Origin: an uncultured Rhodopirellula sp.
GTDB taxonomy: Bacteria; Planctomycetota; Planctomycetia; Pirellulales; Pirellulaceae
Direction: 5' to 3'
NCBI GenBank assembly: GCA_964007735.1
Contig: CAXGAI010000004.1
Coordinates: 124,001 to 146,101 of the forward strand
DNA: 22,101 nt
Part shown: positions 8,693 through 17,960 of the stretch, piece after piece
Layout: every line of letters begins with the position of its first letter
Position numbering within the stretch: the first letter of the stretch is position 1
Notes under the pieces: model-generated
The model's database searches: none
Told to the model about the DNA's origin: nothing
The model's input: the letters and a program-made list of their open reading frames with translations, nothing else
Position numbers and translations under genes: made by a program

Positions 8693-10063
8693 ATGAAGAT
8701 CACATTTATCAGACCGAATCTCTTTGATCAACGCAGCACAGATGCGATGACTCCACTCTGTTTTGCAATCCTCAAGGGTTTGACTTCTGAAAAGCATGAA
8801 GTGGTCTTTCATGACGAGCGTTTAGCCCCTCTCCCGGTGAATGACCATCCCGATTTGGTGGCGATGACAGTTGAAACGTATACAGCACGCAGGTCATATC
8901 AAATTGCTGCTGATTATCGACGTCGCGGAGTGAAGGTGGTGATGGGAGGGTATCATCCAACCTTTCTTCCAGAAGAGGCGCTTCAATTCGCAGATGCGAT
9001 TGTTATCGGGGACGCCGAAGCCGTTTGGCATCAAGTTCTAGAAGATGCGGAAAACAATGCATTGTCACCCATTTACCAGGGAGAAGAGTTTCCCTGTCTC
9101 GATGGAATCAAATTCGATCGCAGTATTTTTCAAGGAAAGAAGTACGCTCCGGTAACTCTTGTGCAATATGGAAGAGGATGTAAATACAGTTGTGACTTTT
9201 GTTCAATCAGAGCATTTTACGGTTCTAATCTGCGGCAAAGACCGATCGGGCAAGTGATTGATGAGATCAAACGGCATGCAGGTAAATTCTTGTTTCTCGT
9301 GGATGATAATATTTTTGTGAATGGTGACCAAGCCCGCGAGTTATTTGAGGCTTTAATTCCATTAAAGAAGAAATGGTTCTGCCAGGTTTCAATTGATATT
9401 GCAAAGGATCCGGAACTTGTTGAGTTGATGCGCAAGAGTGGCTGCATTTCTGCACTCTTTGGGTTTGAGTCACTCAATACGGACAATTTGAAGCAGATGG
9501 CTAAGAGTTGGAATGTTCATTATGGAAGCTATGGAGATTCCATTCGCGTTATTCAGGATGCGGGCATCATGATCTATGGCACATTTGTGTTTGGCTATGA
9601 TCAGGATACGCGAGACTCTTTTGAGGAAGCGGTGGATTTTGCCATTGATCATAAGTTTTATCTCGCCAATTTTAACCCTTTGACGCCGATGCCAGGCGCT
9701 CGGTTATACGACCGTATGGTTGCTGAAGGAAGAATGCTTTATGACCGTTGGTGGCTGGATGAAAATTATCGTTATGGTCATGCGACCTTTACACCTCTGG
9801 GGATGACGGCTGAAGAGTTGACTGCCGGTTGTTTTCGAGCGAGGAGAAAGTTTAATACTCTTTCTTCGATTCTTAAACGTGGTATGGCCTGGCGAACAAA
9901 TATGCGTGATGTCTATCGTTTAGGCCTGTACTGGATGTCTAACGTGGTTTCTCGCCGTGAAGTCTATCGAAAGCAAGACAGAGTTTTGGGGGCTGAAGAC
10001 ATTCCTGTTGAATGGTTAGATGATCAAGCGGATGTTGATCCGCTCAAGGTGATAACGTTATGA
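8693..10063 (+). CDS. Cobalamin-binding radical SAM enzyme, paralogue 1
   Basis: N-terminal B12-binding Rossmann domain (VVMGGYHPTFLPEEA, IVIGDAE), RGCKYSCDFC, LVDDN, GFES, LTPMPGARLY. Confidence 0.95.
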   Translation: MKITFIRPNLFDQRSTDAMTPLCFAILKGLTSEKHEVVFHDERLAPLPVNDHPDLVAMTVETYTARRSYQIAADYRRRGVKVVMGGYHPTFLPEEALQFADAIVIGDAEAVWHQVLEDAENNALSPIYQGEEFPCLDGIKFDRSIFQGKKYAPVTLVQYGRGCKYSCDFCSIRAFYGSNLRQRPIGQVIDEIKRHAGKFLFLVDDNIFVNGDQARELFEALIPLKKKWFCQVSIDIAKDPELVELMRKSGCISALFGFESLNTDNLKQMAKSWNVHYGSYGDSIRVIQDAGIMIYGTFVFGYDQDTRDSFEEAVDFAIDHKFYLANFNPLTPMPGARLYDRMVAEGRMLYDRWWLDENYRYGHATFTPLGMTAEELTAGCFRARRKFNTLSSILKRGMAWRTNMRDVYRLGLYWMSNVVSRREVYRKQDRVLGAEDIPVEWLDDQADVDPLKVITL

Positions 10064-11589
10064 AACTAACTCTGATTTTCCCTAATATTGGTTTTCATGA
10101 GCACGGTGATTACACCGACGAAGGACGCATGGAGCCATTGCCCCTCTCGGTGTTAGCGGCATTAACGCCACCTGATGTCGAATGCGTCATGTATGACGAT
10201 CGTATGGAAGATATTCCCTTCGACGAACCAACTGATTTGGTAGCCATCAGTATTGAAATCTATACTGCGAGAAGATCGTACGAGATTGCGGCCCAATACA
10301 GAGAACGTGGAATCCCAGTGGTCTTTGGGGGAATGCATGTGACACTCCTTCCAGAAGAAGCCAGTAAATTTGCGGATTCAATATATATAGGAGATGCGGA
10401 AACCGGTTGGGCTGGCGTGATTGAAGATTTTAAGCGAGGCGAATTAAAACCTGTATATCATGCTCCCGTCGGAGTCCCTCAGGAAGGCGGCATTATCCCT
10501 AAACGAGAACTTTATGCGGACAAAGGGTATTTGCCACTTTCACTTTTGCAATATACACGTGGATGTCGGTTTGCCTGTGACTTTTGCGCGGTTAGCGTGT
10601 ATTTCGAACGTAAGAATTATGTCCGGGCAACCCATGAGATAATCAAAGAAATTGAACAGCAGAATCGAAAGTTTCTATTCTTTGTCGATGACAACTTTCT
10701 TTCAGATCAGCAACGAGCCAAAGAGTTTCTGCGGGCGTTGATTCCATTGAAAGTAAAGTGGGTTAGTCAGGCTTCACTGGATATGACCAATGATCTGGAA
10801 CTAATGGATCTGCTAGCTCGCAGTGGCTGTCTTGGAAATGTTGTTGGATTTGAATCGATTGTGCCCGAATCGGTGAAATCGATGAAGAAGGCCCCTAATT
10901 TTATCGGGCGAAAAGAAATTGGCTGGGACCGCTATGAAAAACAAGTCCAGATTTTACGTGACCATCATTTGCAGACTTGGGCAACTTTTACGTTGGGACA
11001 TGATTCTGACACCCTCGAGTCTATCGAAGAAACCCATCAGTTTGCCATGGAAAACAAGTTTTGCTTTGCAGCTTATAACATTCTGATGCCCTATCCTAGC
11101 ACACCGCTTTACAATCGATTACGCGATGAAAAACGATTGCTATATGGTGGCAAGTGGTGGATGCATCCAGATTATCGATTCAACCACGCTTCATTTATTC
11201 CGAAGAACATGTCTCCCGATGAATTGACGGAAGCTGTCTGGAGAAATCGTGATCGCTGGAACCGTCCTTCCTCCATTTTTAAACGTATGTGGGACTTTAA
11301 AACACATATGAGTTCCATAACGAGGTTTCTATTGTACCTTTCATACAATCCACTGTATGCCAAAGAAACACTGAAAAAGCAGGGGATGTTATTTGGATTG
11401 ACGAAGAGAAAGGAAAAGCCCAGACCAGAGTCCATCGATCAAACTACCTGGGACCCTGCTGATGGTTACGTACCCGTGGATGACCTTTTCATGTCTGGAA
11501 TAGGGATGGAGAGTATCGGAGCGGGGTGTGGTTGCACTGATACACAAGCAGACTCGGTTGAGACTGTATCTATTTCGGGCTTAGGGTAG
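10060..11589 (+). CDS. Cobalamin-binding radical SAM enzyme, paralogue 2 (with C-terminal extension)
   Basis: VVFGGMHVTLLPEEA, IGDAE, RGCRFACDFC, FVDDN, GFES, LMPYPSTPLY. ATGA overlap with paralogue 1. Confidence 0.95.
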   Translation: MKLTLIFPNIGFHEHGDYTDEGRMEPLPLSVLAALTPPDVECVMYDDRMEDIPFDEPTDLVAISIEIYTARRSYEIAAQYRERGIPVVFGGMHVTLLPEEASKFADSIYIGDAETGWAGVIEDFKRGELKPVYHAPVGVPQEGGIIPKRELYADKGYLPLSLLQYTRGCRFACDFCAVSVYFERKNYVRATHEIIKEIEQQNRKFLFFVDDNFLSDQQRAKEFLRALIPLKVKWVSQASLDMTNDLELMDLLARSGCLGNVVGFESIVPESVKSMKKAPNFIGRKEIGWDRYEKQVQILRDHHLQTWATFTLGHDSDTLESIEETHQFAMENKFCFAAYNILMPYPSTPLYNRLRDEKRLLYGGKWWMHPDYRFNHASFIPKNMSPDELTEAVWRNRDRWNRPSSIFKRMWDFKTHMSSITRFLLYLSYNPLYAKETLKKQGMLFGLTKRKEKPRPESIDQTTWDPADGYVPVDDLFMSGIGMESIGAGCGCTDTQADSVETVSISGLG

Positions 11590-11598
11590 GGGGAGATT

Positions 11599-12990
11599 GT
11601 GCCAGCACCACTCAGGATAGCGCTGATCTCCCCGAAAGGTCCCTTGTATCGTCGTAGAAAAGGGATCTTTAAGAAGTCGTTACGTTATATGCCATTGACG
11701 TTTCCAACGCTGGCGGCGTTGATTCCGGATGATTTGCAGATCGAATTGCAGTGTTACGACGAGGGAATTGAGGTTCTCGATATTGAAGCGATCGAGGCAG
11801 ACTTGATTGGAATGACAGTAATCACTGGAACTGCGATGCGGGCTTATGAACTTGCCACCCAGTTTCGTGAACGCGGGCAAACCGTAGTGCTCGGTGGTCC
11901 GCATGTGACGCTAATGCCTGAAGACGCGTCGCCGCATGCTGACAGTATTGTGATAGGCTACGCCGAAGAAACATGGCCGCAGTTGTTACGAGACTTTAAT
12001 AACGGTACGTTGCAGCCTCGTTATAATCAATGTCCCAATCTTGATATCGGTGGTTATCCACTTCCGAAACGGGAAGTATTGCCAAAGAATATGTATATCA
12101 CCGATATGGTTTTTGAAGCGACACGGGGCTGTATTCATAATTGTTCGTTCTGTGTGGTTCCCAATGCCTGGGGACGGAAGCCGTACCAAAAGCCGATTGG
12201 TGAAATTATTGCTGATATCAGGCAGCAACGAGCTAAACGAGCGATTTTTATTGATTTGAATATCATTTCGGACAAACACTATGCTGCTGAATTATTCGAA
12301 GCATTGATTCCCCTCAATATTCGCTGGTATGGACTATCAACGACACTGTTATGTAATGACATTCCTTTACTTGACTTGGCAACGCGTTCCGGTTGTCGGG
12401 GGCTATTAATGGGATTGGAGTCGATATCCCCTGAAACTCTGAAGAGTACGCATAAGTCATTCAATCATCCGGAAAACTACAAAGATGTCGTGGATAGACT
12501 GCATGAGCGAGGTATCGCTTTGCAGGGATGTTTTGTATTTGGACTTGATAACGATACTCCTTCGGTCTTCAAAGAGACAGCAGAAATGGCTGTGGATTTA
12601 GGGATCGATTTACCGCGTTTTGCCATCGTGACTCCGTTTCCCGGTACTGGATTGTATTATGAGTTGCTCGAACAGGATCGCATTGTCACCAAAAACTGGG
12701 AATTGTATGACGGGCAACATGTGGTATTTGAACCGAAGAATATGACCGTCGAGCAATTACAGGAAGGAAACCAATTTGCCTGGAAGTACGCTTATCGCTG
12801 GAAGCCAATTATGAAGCGAGTGTTGCGTAATCCTAAGCAAATGCATGTCGCGCTTTTGGCAAATATGGGATACAGGTTTTATGCCCGTAATCTGAAAAAG
12901 TTTTATAACTGCGATTGGGTTCTCGATCCATTATGGCCAGAGAAGATAATGGAGGATTCGAAATTACCCGTATTGCATGAAGTAGGGTAG
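11599..12990 (+). CDS. Cobalamin-binding radical SAM enzyme, paralogue 3 (most divergent)
   Basis: VVLGGPHVTLMPED, EATRGCIHNCSFC, FIDLN, GLES, VTPFPGTGLY, NWELYDGQHVVFEP. GTG start after GGGGAG. Confidence 0.95.
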   Translation: MPAPLRIALISPKGPLYRRRKGIFKKSLRYMPLTFPTLAALIPDDLQIELQCYDEGIEVLDIEAIEADLIGMTVITGTAMRAYELATQFRERGQTVVLGGPHVTLMPEDASPHADSIVIGYAEETWPQLLRDFNNGTLQPRYNQCPNLDIGGYPLPKREVLPKNMYITDMVFEATRGCIHNCSFCVVPNAWGRKPYQKPIGEIIADIRQQRAKRAIFIDLNIISDKHYAAELFEALIPLNIRWYGLSTTLLCNDIPLLDLATRSGCRGLLMGLESISPETLKSTHKSFNHPENYKDVVDRLHERGIALQGCFVFGLDNDTPSVFKETAEMAVDLGIDLPRFAIVTPFPGTGLYYELLEQDRIVTKNWELYDGQHVVFEPKNMTVEQLQEGNQFAWKYAYRWKPIMKRVLRNPKQMHVALLANMGYRFYARNLKKFYNCDWVLDPLWPEKIMEDSKLPVLHEVG

Positions 12991-13010
12991 TTTTTATACG
13001 TCGCATTATC

Positions 13011-14390
13011 ATGATCAAGAATGCCAAGTCGAAATTTCGAATTACCATTATCCATCCGTGCGTTGGTAAACGGATTGGTATGAAGAAATATATTCGTACC
13101 TGGAAAATGCAACCGATACCGGCTGCTATGGTGGCAAGTTTGTTACCGGATGATATCGAGCGGCGATTTTATGACGACCGGCTCGAACTCATTCCTTTTG
13201 ATGAAGCCACTGATCTGGTGATGTTGAGTGTAGAAACGTATACCGCCAAACGTTGCTATCAGATTGCTTCAGAATACCGCCGTCGTGGGGTGCCGGTTGT
13301 CATGGGAGGTTTCCATGCAACCCTGTGCCCTGAGGAAGTATCGCAGTATTGCGAGTCAATTGTTGTTGGTGAAGCTGAAGGATTACTTCAGGAAGTTGTG
13401 GATGACTATCGTCATGGCTCACCTCGCAAAAAGTATCAGGCAGATGAACGTCCGCCGCTTGTCGTTTCTCCGGATCGATCCATTTTTAAAGGAAAGAAAT
13501 ACCTCCCGATTAAGCTTGTTGAATTTGCACGTGGCTGTCGCTTTAAGTGCGATTTTTGTGCGATCCAGAGTTTCTTTAATGCCAGTCATAACCATCGTCC
13601 GGTTGACCGGGTGATTGCCGAGATACAGCGGATTCGTAAGCCGGGCCAAATGTTCTTTTTTATTGATGACAACATTACATCTAATTTGGAAGAAGCCAAG
13701 GAATTCATGCGAGCTTTAATTCCTCTGAAGATTAGGTGGGTGAGTCAGTCCGCAATTAATGTGGCCTACGACGATGAAGCGTTACGGTTAATGAAGGAAA
13801 GTGGCTGTGTTGGAATCTTAGTTGGCTTTGAGTCGTTGGATGAATCGACTCTAAAACAGATGAACAAGGGATTTAATTTGATGAAAGGAGGCCCCGCAGA
13901 AGCGCTTGCCCGATTACGAAGTCATAATATTTGCGTCTATGGAACGTTCATCTTCGGATACGATCATGACAATATGGAATCCTTTAGAACGACGATGGAA
14001 TTTGCAAAGTCAAACGGTTTGTTTATTGGCGCCTTTAATCATGTTACACCCTTTCCTGGTACGCCCCTCTACAAACGTATGGAAAAAGAAGGGCGATTGT
14101 TGTTTGATGCTTGGTGGCTGGATGACGATTATCGTTACAACATGATTCCTTTCAGACCGGCCAATATGAGGCCTAAAGATTTGGAAGACATGTGTCTGAA
14201 TGCCCGAAAAGAATTCTATTCCTGGCCAAGTATCATGCGGCGTGGTCTTAAGAGGGTAAATGTTCGAAATCCATATCGGTTGGTCAATTATCTGGTGATC
14301 AATGCCATGCACCGATACGATGTTTCCGGTCGTAGTGGTTTACCGTTAGGTGATGAGAACTGGCAGGGTGAGTTGATCAAGGCCGATTAG
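13011..14390 (+). CDS. Cobalamin-binding radical SAM enzyme, paralogue 4
   Basis: VVMGGFHATLCPEE, VVGEAE, RGCRFKCDFC, FIDDN, GFES, VTPFPGTPLY. Confidence 0.95.
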   Translation: MIKNAKSKFRITIIHPCVGKRIGMKKYIRTWKMQPIPAAMVASLLPDDIERRFYDDRLELIPFDEATDLVMLSVETYTAKRCYQIASEYRRRGVPVVMGGFHATLCPEEVSQYCESIVVGEAEGLLQEVVDDYRHGSPRKKYQADERPPLVVSPDRSIFKGKKYLPIKLVEFARGCRFKCDFCAIQSFFNASHNHRPVDRVIAEIQRIRKPGQMFFFIDDNITSNLEEAKEFMRALIPLKIRWVSQSAINVAYDDEALRLMKESGCVGILVGFESLDESTLKQMNKGFNLMKGGPAEALARLRSHNICVYGTFIFGYDHDNMESFRTTMEFAKSNGLFIGAFNHVTPFPGTPLYKRMEKEGRLLFDAWWLDDDYRYNMIPFRPANMRPKDLEDMCLNARKEFYSWPSIMRRGLKRVNVRNPYRLVNYLVINAMHRYDVSGRSGLPLGDENWQGELIKAD

Positions 14391-14396
14391 GGGAGG
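14391..14396 (+). promoter_or_regulatory. Shine-Dalgarno sequence for the 14404 ORF
   Basis: GGGAGG immediately after the paralogue 4 stop, 7 nt before ATG 14404. Confidence 0.6.
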
Positions 14397-14403
14397 GCAA
14401 GCT

Positions 14404-15504
14404 ATGGTTCGATATGTTTTTGATCTCGCCTCATCAACAGATGATGCTCAGTTACGCAATGTGCTTCGGCAAACACCCATGAAAAGTGCCTTAGCAACTA
14501 TCACCTATGAATCCGAACCATCGTTCTTCCAATCTTCTTGCCCAGCAGGGGCTGACACAGACATCATTGTTTGCCGTGATACCGATCGGGATGTGACCGT
14601 TGGATTTGGTTGTCGCAGTATTCGTACCATGTTTGTCAATGGTCAGGAGACACAGATAGGATACCTAAGTTCCTTACGCTGCATTCCTGAATATCGCAAT
14701 CAAGGTCTGGTTGCCCGTGGCTACCGGGCAATGAGGAAACTACACCATTCCACCAAGAAACCCGAATGGTACTTTTCGACGATTCTGCAAGGTAATCGAC
14801 CGGCTAGAAAACTGTTGACTAGTGGTAGAGTTGGCTTACCGTTCTATCATGCTGCGGGACGATTCTCAACTTTTCTCATACCCGCCAATACGATGGGGAA
14901 AAAATTAAGACCAGATTCCAGTGTTCAAGTTGTCGACGGCCCGCAACTACTAGACGAAATACGTGACTTAGGGAGACAATATCAGCTGTTCCCGGCTTAC
15001 ACATCGGATGGTTGGATCCGCCAGTGTGAAGAGATGTATGCAGCTAAGTTCTTTGTAAGTGGGGACAAGGACAATCGAGATGCTGTTATGGGAGTCATCG
15101 ATCAGCGACGAGCGAAGCAATTGGTTGTCAAATCATACCCTCGATGGCTGCAACTCTGCCGACAGCCTTTGAATTGTTGGTATCGATTGAAACGTCTGCC
15201 TGTGATTCATAAACCCCCTTATGATTTTAATTATGTAACGGCAGTATTACCGTTAGTCAGTCCAAAAATAAACGCAGAGTCAATCTTGCCGGTCTTGAAT
15301 TCGGTGTTGGTCGAAGCAATGCAACAGCAGGCTGAGTATGTGGCAGTGGGAATGCATGAATCTCATAAGTCCTATCCACTGGTCCGTAAACTATCGAAAC
15401 ACACATTTGATGCTGAAGTATTTCTCGTTTCTTGGCAGTTTAATGATGAGTCGCTATTTGGGCTGGACGGACGTCCAACTTATCTCGAATTGGGATGGCT
15501 GTAG
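14404..15504 (+). CDS. GNAT-fold acyltransferase-like protein (large, possibly tandem-GNAT)
   Basis: VGFGCRSIRTMFVNGQETQIGYLSSLRCIPEYRNQGLVARG resembles the GNAT beta4 strand and acyl-CoA-binding motif A; later STILQGNRPARKLL. At 366 aa it is about two GNAT domains long. Confidence 0.6.
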   Translation: MVRYVFDLASSTDDAQLRNVLRQTPMKSALATITYESEPSFFQSSCPAGADTDIIVCRDTDRDVTVGFGCRSIRTMFVNGQETQIGYLSSLRCIPEYRNQGLVARGYRAMRKLHHSTKKPEWYFSTILQGNRPARKLLTSGRVGLPFYHAAGRFSTFLIPANTMGKKLRPDSSVQVVDGPQLLDEIRDLGRQYQLFPAYTSDGWIRQCEEMYAAKFFVSGDKDNRDAVMGVIDQRRAKQLVVKSYPRWLQLCRQPLNCWYRLKRLPVIHKPPYDFNYVTAVLPLVSPKINAESILPVLNSVLVEAMQQQAEYVAVGMHESHKSYPLVRKLSKHTFDAEVFLVSWQFNDESLFGLDGRPTYLELGWL

Positions 15505-16286
15505 AGGATATCAACGTGACCAAAGAAATAATCTGGGAATTAAGAACTGTTGACGGTCTGAGTGAAACGGAAACAGCAGCAATGCTTCAGCTAATGCATC
15601 ATTGTTATGACAATGTCTCTAAGGAGACTTTCTTAAATGACCTAGAGGATAAACATTGGGTGCTAATGATTCGCACTGTCGCAACGGGAGAAATCGTAGG
15701 GTTCTCAACACAGAAATTGCGTGAGCTCGAAATTGATGGTACAGCGTATTCGATTTTGTTTTCCGGTGATACCGTCGTCGAGAGAAAGTACTGGGGAAAA
15801 CGGGAATTGTTATTGGCATCGGCATGCCTGGTAGACGACTTAATGCAGCGAGTCAAAGGCGAGAAGTTCTATTGGTTTCTGATTTCTAAGGGATACAAAA
15901 CTTATCACTTTCTTCCGGTGCTGTTCAAAGAGTTTTACCCGAATCGAGACTACCCAATCCCCACTCGTGAAAAGCGAATCATCGATTTTTTGGGGAGTGA
16001 ATTGGGAGGGGATTTATATGATCTTGAAAGAGGTGTGATCGAATCGCAAGGCGGGTGGTACGTGCTTAAAGAAGATATCGCTGAAATGACAACGCTACGA
16101 ACTAAAGATCCTCACGCACAGTCTTTTGTGCAATTGAATCCGAGATTCGGCCAAGGTGACGAGCTGTGTTGTTTGGCCGAGTTAAACCCTCGGAATTTTA
16201 CAAATGTCGCGTTGAGGTTGTTGCGCAATTACAAATTAGAACACGCCACGGATCATCGAAGCCTATTTCACGAAGGATCGGCGTAG
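15495..16286 (+). CDS. GNAT-like protein of unknown function
   Basis: GEIVGFST...ILFSGDTVVERKYWG resembles GNAT beta3/beta4-motif A; aromatic-rich FYWFLISKGYKTYHFLP. Overlaps the upstream gene by 10 nt. Confidence 0.55.
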   Translation: MAVEDINVTKEIIWELRTVDGLSETETAAMLQLMHHCYDNVSKETFLNDLEDKHWVLMIRTVATGEIVGFSTQKLRELEIDGTAYSILFSGDTVVERKYWGKRELLLASACLVDDLMQRVKGEKFYWFLISKGYKTYHFLPVLFKEFYPNRDYPIPTREKRIIDFLGSELGGDLYDLERGVIESQGGWYVLKEDIAEMTTLRTKDPHAQSFVQLNPRFGQGDELCCLAELNPRNFTNVALRLLRNYKLEHATDHRSLFHEGSA

Positions 16287-17960
16287 ATGAATACAGCTCG
16301 GATGGCCAACTTACTGTGGAAGCAGTCTGCCAAAAGCGACTGGCGCAGTTTCAAATCAGCCGCGTCTTGTCCGAGGCAAACTCAACAATCATTGCTCAAG
16401 ACAATTTTGAACAAAGCTTGTTCATCTCATTTTGCTGAAAGATACCGCCTTTCTCCGGATATGAGTGTCGCCGATTTTCGAAAGTCGGTACCGGTGACGA
16501 ACTATGCTGAACACTATGTGGAAGATATCAAACGGATTCAGCAGGGGGAGCCTTATGTTCTGACGAATCAACAAGTATATCGTCTGGTGCCTACGACGGG
16601 CTCCTCGGGAAAAGTGAAGTTGATACCATACACAAGATTATTGAAAAGGTCGTTTCAACGAGTTGTTAATACTTGGATTTATGATCTGGCAAGACAATAC
16701 CCGCAGGCATTTAGGGGTAAAAGCTACTGGTCGGTAACGCCAGTGGTTAAGCAACCGTTTGGAGAGAGTGTCGTACCGGTAGGTTTTGAATCCGATGCGG
16801 CATATTTGAGCCCCATAGGCAGATTGTTGGCCAAACGGGCCATTGTTGAGGCACCTTTTTTCGACGGCAATGAAACGGCAGAAACCGTTATTCGATTAAC
16901 CGCTCTCCAATTATTATCTGAATCTAATCTTTCATTAATCAGCGTTTGGAGTCCAACTTTACTGTTGAATATTTTGAGCACCATCTGGAATGATCAGGAA
17001 GCCTTGTTGCGAGCGTTGGCTGCTGGCGATGATCGTTTCGTGAAACGCAACGATAGTGGGTCAATACTGCGACTGAAAAGAAACCCGAAGAGAGCTAGAT
17101 GGATTGAAAGGGTTTTTGATGCACTCAGAGATCAAACGTCGCTTGCCAAATCCGTCTGGCCCAGGTTATCACTTATTAGTTGTTGGGGAGATGCCGGAAG
17201 TAAAACATATTTTGAAGCATTGAAGAAGCTGGAGCCGCAAATATCTGTTCAGGCGAAGGGAATCTTATCTACCGAAGGATGTGTAAGTCTTCCGATGGGA
17301 ACATCTGCGGGGCATCTACCTGCAATTGAGTCATCGTTTCTGGAGTTTATACCTGAATCTGCTAATGGCGAAGTATTGTTGCTCGATCAGTTGGAAATAG
17401 GACAAGTGTATGAAGTTCTAATCACAACGTTTGGAGGGTTATATAGATATGCTACCGGTGATCAAATTAAAGTGACTGCGATTTGTGACGGGCTTCCAAA
17501 TTTTGAATTGATGGGAAGGACCAATCAGATGATCGATCTGGTGGGAGAAAAAGTTCCGTTGCGAGTTATTGAGCAAGCTACTTTGGAATGCTTGGGATTA
17601 GAGTCTGCTCCGGAACGTTTTTGGGTGGTGGCTCCTGTTGCTGCGATCCCGGCGTATTACCGGATTTATATTTCTGGTTTGAAGCAATCGGGAGAGTTGG
17701 AGAAGGTGTTGTTGAATCGTTTACGGAAGAACCCTCATTTTTCAAATGCCGAGTCGCTTGGCCAGATTGTTAAACCTGAGATTCGATCCTTACCAGATTC
17801 GTTTACGATCCATTCTTTTCATTCGCTCAAATCCCAGTTAGGAAATCAATTGGGAGCATTGAAAGAGTCCCGAGTCGAATATTCATCACGGGTTGTCACT
17901 CGTTTGGATCAGCTATCAACCCCGTTAGAGAATGAGATTGTTGAGGAGCAAGCGTTTTAG
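16287..17960 (+). CDS. GH3 family acyl-acid amido synthetase (adenylate-forming ligase)
   Basis: FRKSVPVTNY, P-loop PTTGSSGKVKLIPYT, motif II GILSTEG, FLEFIP, motif III TTFGGLYRYATGD, GRTNQMIDLVGEK. ATG directly abuts the upstream TAG. Confidence 0.88.
   Translation: MNTARMANLLWKQSAKSDWRSFKSAASCPRQTQQSLLKTILNKACSSHFAERYRLSPDMSVADFRKSVPVTNYAEHYVEDIKRIQQGEPYVLTNQQVYRLVPTTGSSGKVKLIPYTRLLKRSFQRVVNTWIYDLARQYPQAFRGKSYWSVTPVVKQPFGESVVPVGFESDAAYLSPIGRLLAKRAIVEAPFFDGNETAETVIRLTALQLLSESNLSLISVWSPTLLLNILSTIWNDQEALLRALAAGDDRFVKRNDSGSILRLKRNPKRARWIERVFDALRDQTSLAKSVWPRLSLISCWGDAGSKTYFEALKKLEPQISVQAKGILSTEGCVSLPMGTSAGHLPAIESSFLEFIPESANGEVLLLDQLEIGQVYEVLITTFGGLYRYATGDQIKVTAICDGLPNFELMGRTNQMIDLVGEKVPLRVIEQATLECLGLESAPERFWVVAPVAAIPAYYRIYISGLKQSGELEKVLLNRLRKNPHFSNAESLGQIVKPEIRSLPDSFTIHSFHSLKSQLGNQLGALKESRVEYSSRVVTRLDQLSTPLENEIVEEQAF

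Noticed and set aside
8570..8812. 80-aa minus-strand ORF as a RiPP precursor for the radical SAM enzymes
   Set aside because: It overlaps paralogue 1 antisense and has no leader/core pattern; no RRE, peptidase or transporter is evident in the locus.
8693..14390. Assigning the radical SAM genes as hopanoid methylases (hpnP/hpnR), bchE or a ladderane cluster
   Set aside because: No squalene-hopene cyclase, bch genes, ACP or Fab genes are nearby, and shared family motifs alone do not support a specific orthology.
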